Source: an uncultured Clostridia bacterium
GTDB taxonomy: Bacteria > Bacillota > Clostridia > TANB77 > CAG-465
DNA: 64,000 nucleotides
Reading direction: 5' to 3'
Assembly (NCBI GenBank): GCA_934130595.1
Contig: CAKOYF010000008.1
Span: forward strand, 2,229-66,228
In this document: piece by piece, positions 57,275-64,000 of the stretch
Numbering within the stretch: the first letter of the stretch is position 1
Layout: each line of letters opens with the position of its first letter
Made by a program: the position numbers and the translations under genes
The notes under the pieces: model-generated
Told to the model about the DNA's origin: nothing
What the model saw: only the letters and a program-made list of their open reading frames with translations
Databases searched by the model: none

Positions 57275-57305
57275 AAAGAGAGAAATTAATTTTTCTCTCT
57301 TTATT
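57275..57305 (+). terminator. intrinsic terminator
   Basis: AAAGAGAGAAA / TTTCTCTCTTT stem. Confidence 0.7.
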
Positions 57306-57354
57306 CACGTAAAATTTAACTTATACATATAATGATAAAAGGAGGTAACATTAT

Positions 57355-57846
57355 ATGTATAATGAATATAATAAATATGGATATTATTATGGATATCCAA
57401 GATGTAATAGAAATAATACTGTTGTAGACGATGAACTAATATCTTTAGATAAAGCTGTTGAGGGAATTTTAAACTCAATTAAAAACGAAAAAGAGGATGA
57501 GGTGTTTTACACTAATCTAATAGAAATGGCACCAGATGATGCTAAAGATATTATATCAAGTATTAGAGATGATGAGACAAGACATAATGAAATACTAAGA
57601 TTTGTATATAGTAATATAACAGGAGAAGTTGCTAAAAATAGTGATGAAAATGTTCAGAAGCAAGAAATGACATATGCAGAAGGATTAGAAAAGGCATTTT
57701 TTGATGAGATAGCAGCTGTGAAAAAATATAGAAGAATAATGGGCGCTATGCCAAATACTAAACTACATACATTATTAATGTCAATCATGACAGATGAATT
57801 ACGTCATGCATCACTATATAACTATTTAATACATAAAAATCATTAA
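57355..57846 (+). CDS. ferritin-like (rubrerythrin-family fold) protein with Tyr-rich N-terminus
   Basis: 163 aa. Two E..H pairs (DETRHNE, DELRHAS) plus upstream glutamates fit a four-helix di-iron pattern. The N-terminus is YNEYNKYGYYYGYP. Confidence 0.6.
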   Translation: MYNEYNKYGYYYGYPRCNRNNTVVDDELISLDKAVEGILNSIKNEKEDEVFYTNLIEMAPDDAKDIISSIRDDETRHNEILRFVYSNITGEVAKNSDENVQKQEMTYAEGLEKAFFDEIAAVKKYRRIMGAMPNTKLHTLLMSIMTDELRHASLYNYLIHKNH

Positions 57847-57913
57847 AAAATAATAAGATAGAAACAAGTAAAGTAGCAAAATGTCGCTTTATATGTTTCT
57901 GTCTTTGTTTTTA

Positions 57914-57942
57914 TTTACAAAGATTATTTGATGTTATATAAT
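57914..57942 (+). promoter_or_regulatory. sigma-A-type promoter of trxA
   Basis: TTTACA, 17-nt spacer, TATAAT. Confidence 0.6.
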
Positions 57943-57974
57943 AATGTATAGCAATTAACAGAGGAGGAAGTAGA

Positions 57975-58292
57975 ATGTTAAGACATGCAAATGAAGAAGA
58001 TTTTAATAAAAAATTAGATGAATCAAGTAAAGTTGTATTAGTAGATTTTTTTGCAACTTGGTGTGGACCATGTCAAATGTTATCACCAATACTAGAAAAA
58101 ATCTCAAACTCAAGAGTAGATTTTGATATAATAAAAGTAGATGTTGATGAAGCAAGAAAACTAGCTGAAAAACTAGGCATTGAAGTTGTTCCAACAATGT
58201 TTATATATAAAGATAAAAAGCCTGTAAGAAAAATTGAGGGTGTATTAGATGAAAATGAAATAATAAATATTATGGGTGAATATATAGATTAG
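57975..58292 (+). CDS. trxA: thioredoxin
   Basis: 105 aa; WCGPC active site; V.TM.IY pattern. Confidence 0.92.
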   Translation: MLRHANEEDFNKKLDESSKVVLVDFFATWCGPCQMLSPILEKISNSRVDFDIIKVDVDEARKLAEKLGIEVVPTMFIYKDKKPVRKIEGVLDENEIINIMGEYID

Positions 58293-58305
58293 GGAGTAGA
58301 TGCAC

Positions 58306-58503
58306 ATGAAAGGATACATAGTAAATCCAGATAAGAAATATGTTGAAAAAATAATAGAGGGAATTTATAGAAAAGATGGACATTGTCCATGTAGAATAAA
58401 TGTAGATGATACAACATTGTGTCCATGTGACGAATTTATAGAAAAAAAGATATGTAGATGTAAATTATATGTTCCTATAGATAAAGATTATGTAACAAAA
58501 TAG
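58306..58503 (+). CDS. ferredoxin-thioredoxin reductase catalytic-subunit-like Cys-rich protein
   Basis: About 65 aa; CPCR......CPC........C.C spacing resembles the FTR catalytic chain. ATG 58306 is preferred over 58300 on RBS spacing. Confidence 0.55.
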   Translation: MKGYIVNPDKKYVEKIIEGIYRKDGHCPCRINVDDTTLCPCDEFIEKKICRCKLYVPIDKDYVTK

Positions 58504-58603
58504 TAGAAAAATGATGAAAAATGTGTATAAAAACAATTTATCAATATAAGTGTTGAATATTTTTAATTGATGTGATACACTCTTGTGTATAAGAGGTGTT
58601 TAT

Positions 58604-59395
58604 ATGCGTTTATATAATCTTGATGATAAAATTACGAATAAGTCATACGAAGTATTAAATAGTCATATAGAAGATCAAAGACAAATCGACACAATAAGAG
58701 TAAGTGAGATAAGAAACCAGTGCAAAGATATATTACAAAGACATGGAATTTTTGAAGATAGAAAAAATGGTGCAATATATCAAGCTATGGAAAAAGAACT
58801 AGGAAATCTTGAAAGAAATATAGATTACTTTAATGAATACTATTTTGAGGAATTTACTAAAAGTAGAATAGATTTGGGTATTGAAAATATAACATCTAAG
58901 ATAGATAGTCTAGAGCAAAATATAGAATTTGTATATGAAGATGATACTAATAAATATAATAAGGCAAATAGTGAACAAAATATAAAAAATATGCTATTTA
59001 CATTTTTTGAGAGTTATAAAAATAACACTATAAATCTACTTTTAAAGTCTGGATATAGTCCTAATATGGTTGAAGATATAGAAGAAGATATATTAGAATA
59101 TGTTACTTCAAAATCTTCTGATGTATTAACTGAAAAAATATCTAGAGATAGAATAAAAACATTAGATTCACTAAGTAAAGGGTTAAATGAGATTTCTGTT
59201 AGTGCAATTAATGAAGCAGAAGCAAGATTTTATTGTGAGTTAAATGGACAAGTATTTGATGATTTAAAAGAAAAAAGAGATAGTATACGAAAAAAAGCGC
59301 AAAGACTTGAAGAAATAAGAATGCAGATATCAAGTTTAGATTTAAAAGCAAATGAGTTAACAAAAGTTTCAAATGATGAAAGGATACTTTTATAG
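58604..59395 (+). CDS. hypothetical helical protein (possible short B-type module member)
   Basis: About 263 aa; ATG 58604 after AGAGGTG; K/E/N-rich with a coiled-coil-like C-terminus. It abuts the next gene. Confidence 0.6.
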   Translation: MRLYNLDDKITNKSYEVLNSHIEDQRQIDTIRVSEIRNQCKDILQRHGIFEDRKNGAIYQAMEKELGNLERNIDYFNEYYFEEFTKSRIDLGIENITSKIDSLEQNIEFVYEDDTNKYNKANSEQNIKNMLFTFFESYKNNTINLLLKSGYSPNMVEDIEEDILEYVTSKSSDVLTEKISRDRIKTLDSLSKGLNEISVSAINEAEARFYCELNGQVFDDLKEKRDSIRKKAQRLEEIRMQISSLDLKANELTKVSNDERILL

Positions 59396-59764
59396 GTGGC
59401 TATGATGAAAAACACAAGGAGTTTGGCAGTTGTATCTGAAGAAAGCCTTATAACTAAAATTATTAGAAGTCTTAAGAATTTCTTAAATATAAAAAAAGAA
59501 AGTAAAGAAGAAAATACCAATAGAAGAGCAACAGTAATAAAAACTGAAAAAATTGAAAGAAGAGCTTCTAAAAATATTACATTGAATGATTTAAATAATC
59601 TAGAAAATAATATATCTAAAAATATCGATTACATAAATGAACTTGATGAAGATGAGCTAGATTCATTAGATGAGTATTATGACTTTAGAATAAATGAGTT
59701 AGAATCAATTTTAAATGATAAAAAATCAAAGTATTTTAAGTTAATTTCTTCTAGGAGAATATAG
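59396..59764 (+). CDS. small helical protein (C-type motif, fourth paralog)
   Basis: GTG/ATG start immediately after the upstream TAG. NIDYINELDEDELDSLDEYYDFRINELE matches the (E/D)ED...L..L(F/Y) motif. Confidence 0.55.
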   Translation: MAMMKNTRSLAVVSEESLITKIIRSLKNFLNIKKESKEENTNRRATVIKTEKIERRASKNITLNDLNNLENNISKNIDYINELDEDELDSLDEYYDFRINELESILNDKKSKYFKLISSRRI

Positions 59765-59766
59765 GT

Positions 59767-59798
59767 AAAAATACCATACATTTTGTATGGTATTTTTT
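59767..59798 (+). terminator. intrinsic terminator
   Basis: AAATACCATAC / GTATGGTATTT stem, then TTTT. Confidence 0.8.
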
Positions 59799-59890
59799 CG
59801 GTTACACTTTATCATAAATAGATTAAAATTATATTACAAAGTAGAAATTAATATTGCGTTTATGCTATAATCAAATCAAGAGGTGTTAGT

Positions 59891-60523
59891 ATGATAGAAG
59901 ATTTTAAAGTGTTATGCCATAGTGCAATAAGGATAGCAGCAGACAACAAAGTAATATATATAGACCCTTTTGGTATAGATGAAGAATACAATGATGCAGA
60001 CTACATCTGTATAACACATGCGCATTATGATCATTTTTCACCAGATGATATTTTAAAAGTTAAAAATGATAATAGCATTATTCTTATAACTGAAGATATA
60101 TATGTAAATGTGTTAAAAATGGGATTTAAGGAAAATAAGATAGTTATTGTAGATCCTGGAAAAAAATATAATATAAATGGATTATATGTAGAGACTATAA
60201 ATGCATATAATATTGGAAAAACTTTTCATCCGAAAGAAAATGGTTGGGTAGGATATATTTTAAATTTTGAATATGAAAGAGTATATATTGCAGGAGACAC
60301 AGATATAACACCAGAGGCGTTAAAAGTTAAATGTGACTTAGCTTTTTTGCCAGTTGGAGGAACATATACAATGGATTATGCAGAGGCAGCTAAACTTGCA
60401 AACGCTATAGAACCAACAATTGTTGTACCAATTCATTATGGAAAAATTGTTGGAACACAACAAGATGCTAGAAACTTTAAATGCCTATTAAATAATAAGA
60501 TAGAATGTAGAATAATGATATAA
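59891..60523 (+). CDS. MBL-fold metallo-hydrolase
   Basis: 210 aa; ITHAHYDHF motif and distal GD.D and H residues. Confidence 0.8.
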   Translation: MIEDFKVLCHSAIRIAADNKVIYIDPFGIDEEYNDADYICITHAHYDHFSPDDILKVKNDNSIILITEDIYVNVLKMGFKENKIVIVDPGKKYNINGLYVETINAYNIGKTFHPKENGWVGYILNFEYERVYIAGDTDITPEALKVKCDLAFLPVGGTYTMDYAEAAKLANAIEPTIVVPIHYGKIVGTQQDARNFKCLLNNKIECRIMI

Positions 60524-60535
60524 TGGAGGTATTAT

Positions 60536-61570
60536 ATGTTTTATAATCAAGAAGATGAAGAAAATTTTTTATCAGATAAAAAAGTAGGAGAAGCTAGTAA
60601 TTCAGATGTTCCTAGAAGAAGAGGAGGAGCATATCAGGAAAAAGTTATTGTAGAAGAAAAACCAGAGCCACAACAAGTAGAACAAGAAGAAAGTGAGTCT
60701 AATGTGTTTGGAACAGTAGTATTAGTTATAGCTTTAGTGGTGGTAATAATTGCAGCAATTATACTTTTTAAAGTTTTTACATCAAGTGGTAATGAAAATA
60801 ACAATAGTAATTCTTCAAATAATCAATCACAAAGTACAACAAAAGATAATGGCTCAAGTGGAAAAAATAACTCAGGCTCTGATAGTCTTGCAATATCTAG
60901 CCTAAGTGATATGTACAATGCATATGATGTTAGTATAAAAAGTGTTGTGCATGTAAAAGGCGGCAATTTTTATAATAACAATGAAAAAATAAAAGGCGAT
61001 AAAGCTTATGTAGAATATAAACAAATATCTGGACTAAAAGATAAATCTAAAGAAGAAAAGATAAATGAAAAACTAAAATCATTAGTAGTAGACCTTTATG
61101 ATAAAAACTATCTAGGAGATAAAGACACTTTATTTATAGATGTACATACAAAACTAAGTGTTAACTTTAATACACTTTCATATTTAGTTATTAAAACATA
61201 TGAAGACATTGATGGTAATAGAAAAGACGAAAAGGTTATAGGATATAATATAAGATTAGATAATTTAGAAGAAATAAAATTTGAAGATTTATTTACAGAT
61301 AATGCTAATATAAAAGAAATGTATTCGAGCTATGTTAAAGGCAAAGTGTCAGCTTTCTATTTTGATCCAAAAACAATATATGTATATGATAGCAGTATGA
61401 ATGAAAGCAAGATAGATATGTCTAAAAATTATACTAAGATTGCAATATACAACAGATATAAAGATGATACAAATGTATTTACATCTGCAGCAAAAACTCA
61501 AAAAGTCTTTACAATACTAAATACAACAGTAAGTGAAGAAACTCCAGATAGAGATTTTGAACAAAATTAG
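60536..61570 (+). CDS. membrane-anchored protein with low-complexity N/S linker and DUF4163/DUF3298-like ectodomain
   Basis: 344 aa; TM (VVLVIALVVVIIAAIILF). VEYKQISGLKDKSKEEKINEKLK resembles the YP.isGl....kiN motif. Confidence 0.5.
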   Translation: MFYNQEDEENFLSDKKVGEASNSDVPRRRGGAYQEKVIVEEKPEPQQVEQEESESNVFGTVVLVIALVVVIIAAIILFKVFTSSGNENNNSNSSNNQSQSTTKDNGSSGKNNSGSDSLAISSLSDMYNAYDVSIKSVVHVKGGNFYNNNEKIKGDKAYVEYKQISGLKDKSKEEKINEKLKSLVVDLYDKNYLGDKDTLFIDVHTKLSVNFNTLSYLVIKTYEDIDGNRKDEKVIGYNIRLDNLEEIKFEDLFTDNANIKEMYSSYVKGKVSAFYFDPKTIYVYDSSMNESKIDMSKNYTKIAIYNRYKDDTNVFTSAAKTQKVFTILNTTVSEETPDRDFEQN

Positions 61571-61607
61571 AATGATACTAAAAAAATTACCTTAATTTAT
61601 ATTTTTT

Positions 61608-61642
61608 AAAACATACTAGACTAAAACTAGTGTGTTTTTTAT
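61608..61642 (+). terminator. intrinsic terminator
   Basis: AAAACATACTAG / CTAGTGTGTTTT stem, then a T-run. Confidence 0.75.
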
Positions 61643-61664
61643 TTGTTTTCTTAGGGTAAAAAAG

Positions 61665-61693
61665 TTGAAATCTAGGTAAAATAAGGGTATAAT
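61665..61693 (+). promoter_or_regulatory. sigma-A-type promoter
   Basis: TTGAAA, 17-nt spacer, TATAAT. Confidence 0.6.
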
Positions 61694-61725
61694 TTTAAAA
61701 AAATATAAAGAGGAGATAAGGTGTT

Positions 61726-62196
61726 ATGCAAGAAAAAACAAATGTAATGAGAATATTAGATAGTAGAAAAATAGAGTATAAACCACATTGTTATGAAGAT
61801 AGTGATGCAATAGCTGGAAAAGATGTTGCACAAGTTTTAGGAGAAAATCCAGAACAAGTTTTTAAGACTCTAGTTACTAGAGCACATAGTGGAAATTACT
61901 ATGTATTTGTTGTACCAGTTGCAAAAGAATTAGATCTTAAAAAAGCAGCTAAAAGTGTAAATGAGAAAAGTATTGATATGATAAAACAAAAAGAGCTATT
62001 GCCACTTACAGGGTACATACATGGTGGATGTTCACCAATAGGAATGAAAAAATTCTTTAAAACAGTAATAGATGAAACTTCTAAAAACTTCGAAACAATT
62101 TATATAAGTGCTGGAAAAGTAGGATATCAAGTAGAATTAAAATTACAAGATTTAGAAAAAGTAATAAGAATAAATACAGCAGATATAACAAAGTAG
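61726..62196 (+). CDS. ybaK: Cys-tRNA(Pro)/Cys-tRNA(Cys) deacylase YbaK/EbsC family
   Basis: 156 aa; TNVMRILD N-terminus; KTL and GY.HGG.SP.G motifs. Confidence 0.85.
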   Translation: MQEKTNVMRILDSRKIEYKPHCYEDSDAIAGKDVAQVLGENPEQVFKTLVTRAHSGNYYVFVVPVAKELDLKKAAKSVNEKSIDMIKQKELLPLTGYIHGGCSPIGMKKFFKTVIDETSKNFETIYISAGKVGYQVELKLQDLEKVIRINTADITK

Positions 62197-62205
62197 GTGG
62201 AAATT

Positions 62206-63153
62206 ATGAAAATAAGAGAAGATGTATATAATGAATTTTGGTATTTTGCAAGTGAACGTCAAAAGATATGGTATAAAAAAATGATAGGTAAAAATCCGCC
62301 ATATACAGATGATCCAATTTTACAAGAATATAAGTTCTGTAATGCATATAGAGTATTAGATAGACTTTCTCAATACTTGCTTAAAAATGTAATATATAAT
62401 GGAAAAGAATACTCGGACAAAGATATGATATTTAGAATAATATTATTTAAAATTTTCAATAAAGAAGATACATGGGAGTATTTGATATCTGAGTTTGGAG
62501 ATATAACATTAGATAATTTTTCTTTTTATGCGTATGATAATGCACTAAGAAAATATAAAGAAAATGGAAATAAGATATATAATGATGCGTATATATCTTG
62601 TGCAAATAAAGCTTATGGTTATGATTTAAAACATCAAAATCATTTAGCATTATTAGAAGAAATGTTTTTAAAAGATAAAATATATAATAAAATAAAAAGT
62701 GCAAGTTCAATGGAAGAATTCTTTAATATTTTAAAGTCATATCCGCTTATAGGAGATTTTATGGCTTATCAGCTAGCAACAGACATAAACTATAGTGATG
62801 TGGTAGATTTTTCAGAATCTTCATTTACTATTGCAGGACCTGGAGCAAAAAGAGGAATAGAGAAATGCTTTGAAGAGTTTAAAGATGAATCTTATGAAGA
62901 TATAATTAAATATATGTATTCAATTCAAGAAGAGGAGTTTAAAAGATTAGGGCTAGAGTTTATTAAAATAGGAAACAGAAAGCTACAGCTTATAGACATT
63001 CAGAATCTTTTTTGTGAAACAGATAAATACCTAAGAGAAAAAAGACCGGATTTAAAGAGTAATAGAGTAAGAATAAAGAAAAGATATGTACCTAAAAGTA
63101 GCAAAATTGAATACACTTTTCCTAAGAAATGGAATATAGAAGATTATGAATAG
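62206..63153 (+). CDS. homolog of the putative DNA base-hypermodification (alpha-glutamyl/putrescinyl thymine pyrophosphorylase-like) family
   Basis: About 315 aa. N-terminal W.F..ERQKIWYKK..GKNPPYTDDPILQEYKFCNAYRVLDRLSQYL matches my memory of that family's signature (ER..I...G.p.PWT.D.IL....F.N.YR..DR.SQYL). ATG 62206 after AGGTGGA. Confidence 0.4.
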   Translation: MKIREDVYNEFWYFASERQKIWYKKMIGKNPPYTDDPILQEYKFCNAYRVLDRLSQYLLKNVIYNGKEYSDKDMIFRIILFKIFNKEDTWEYLISEFGDITLDNFSFYAYDNALRKYKENGNKIYNDAYISCANKAYGYDLKHQNHLALLEEMFLKDKIYNKIKSASSMEEFFNILKSYPLIGDFMAYQLATDINYSDVVDFSESSFTIAGPGAKRGIEKCFEEFKDESYEDIIKYMYSIQEEEFKRLGLEFIKIGNRKLQLIDIQNLFCETDKYLREKRPDLKSNRVRIKKRYVPKSSKIEYTFPKKWNIEDYE

Positions 63154-63817
63154 TATGATAGAATATACTCTAGTTAGAAAAAGAATTAAGAATGTATACA
63201 TTCAAATAAAAGATGGAAAAGTTATTGTAAAAGCTCCATATAGTATCAGTAAAAGTAAAATAGATGAGTTAATTTCACAAAAGAGAGATTGGATAAGTAA
63301 AAGAGTTTTAAAAAATCCACCAGAAAGAAAAATAGATACCATAGATAAAAATTATATATACATTTTAAATAATAAGATTAATATTAAATATCAAAAACAT
63401 AGTAAGAGTAATATAATAGTAAATTTAGATGAAAATACATGTATTGTAATGTTACCACAATCATTTGTAAACTCCAAAGAAAATGCAGCAAAAGTAAATA
63501 AAAAAATAGATAATGAACTAAAAAAATTAGCAAACAAATATATAATGAATGCAATGGAAAAATATATAGCTTTAACAGGATTAACTCCTTGTGAAATAAA
63601 AATAAGAAAGTTTAAATCGATATGGGGAAATTGTTCTAGCAAAAAAGTAATAAAAATCAATCAAAATTTAATTCATTATGGAATAGATCAAATAGAATAT
63701 GTTTGTTTACACGAAATAACACATTTAAAATACATGAATCATCAAAAGAAATTTTGGAACTTTGTCAAAAAATATATGCCTAATTATAAGGAAATTTCTA
63801 GTGAACTAAAGCAATAG
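63146..63817 (+). CDS. DUF45/YgjP-like (M48-related) metal-dependent hydrolase
   Basis: 223 aa; overlaps the upstream gene by 8 nt. WGNCS....I..N and HEITHLKYMNHQKKFW (HExxH...H..FW). Confidence 0.8.
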   Translation: MNSMIEYTLVRKRIKNVYIQIKDGKVIVKAPYSISKSKIDELISQKRDWISKRVLKNPPERKIDTIDKNYIYILNNKINIKYQKHSKSNIIVNLDENTCIVMLPQSFVNSKENAAKVNKKIDNELKKLANKYIMNAMEKYIALTGLTPCEIKIRKFKSIWGNCSSKKVIKINQNLIHYGIDQIEYVCLHEITHLKYMNHQKKFWNFVKKYMPNYKEISSELKQ

Positions 63818-63871
63818 TGTTGAACTAAATTGTTTTTTAATATATAATCAAGAAAAAAGGGGGAATATAAT

Positions 63872-64000
63872 ATGAAAAATAAGATACTAAAAGTAGCACT
63901 GTTAGTACTAGCTATTGTTATTATTGTTGTATTGGCTGTATTAGGAGTAACAAGACTAATAGATAAAAAGCCAGATGCATCAGTTAAATCTTTTGTAGAA
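63872..64000 (+). CDS. 5' end of a membrane-anchored or secreted protein (continues past window)
   Basis: ATG after a GGGGGA RBS; MKNKILKVALLVLAIVIIVVVLAVLG hydrophobic N-terminus. Confidence 0.5.
   Translation, partial: MKNKILKVALLVLAIVIIVVLAVLGVTRLIDKKPDASVKSFVE

Noticed and set aside
2437-63660. Many 60-136-aa minus-strand ORFs nested in plus-strand genes (e.g. 2437-2628, 5812-6096, 7735-8034, 21477-21755, 25974-26285, 34207-34518, 51993-52403, 63391-63660)
   Set aside because: Their translations are F/L/S/I-rich low-complexity sequence, typical of the antisense of AT-rich K/E/N-rich genes. They lack RBSs, and each is fully covered by a motif-supported gene on the other strand.

Overview
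Chromosomal segment of a visibly very AT-rich, Gram-positive, Clostridia-like Firmicute. Supporting signs are strong GGAGG ribosome-binding sites, frequent TTG/GTG starts, sortase plus an LPXTG substrate, DUF1540, and a collagen-like protein. No GC value or database search was computed. All family names come from motifs I could read in the translations. Almost all genes are on the + strand. The housekeeping backbone is: nitroreductase, pepF, murD, cca, the conserved ylxM-ffh-rpsP-KH-rimM-trmD-rplS operon, rbgA-proS, a DAG-kinase-like/dGTPase-like/leuS unit, a GGDEF-EAL protein, prs, phosphoketolase, a MarR plus heterodimeric ABC exporter unit, thioredoxin, and ybaK. Two tRNA operons (Val-Asp-Phe and Val-Asp-Phe-Gly-Cys) share a 264-nt perfectly identical block and bracket a 5.3-kb cell-envelope cassette. 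One 9.75-kb gene encodes a 3250-aa LPXTG-anchored adhesin with 17 Cna-B-type repeats. The most unusual content is a recurrent module of unknown function: a small acidic peptide, a large K/E-rich protein, and a small translationally coupled helical protein with a shared motif. It is present as two tandem complete copies (7787-13233), a third copy cut by the left edge (1-564), and a remote two-gene version (58604-59764). One large member carries 25 collagen-like G-X-Y triplets and another carries an HExxH motif. Other leads are: a promoter-to-terminator structured-RNA candidate (46263-46466) directly upstream of an orphan RelE-like gene, a permuted papain-like gene and a divergent DnaB-like helicase; a compositionally foreign single-gene cassette (56562-57305); and a homolog of the thymidine-hypermodification pyrophosphorylase-like family coupled to a DUF45 metallopeptidase (62206-63817). 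No CRISPR array, rRNA, transposase or integrase was seen.
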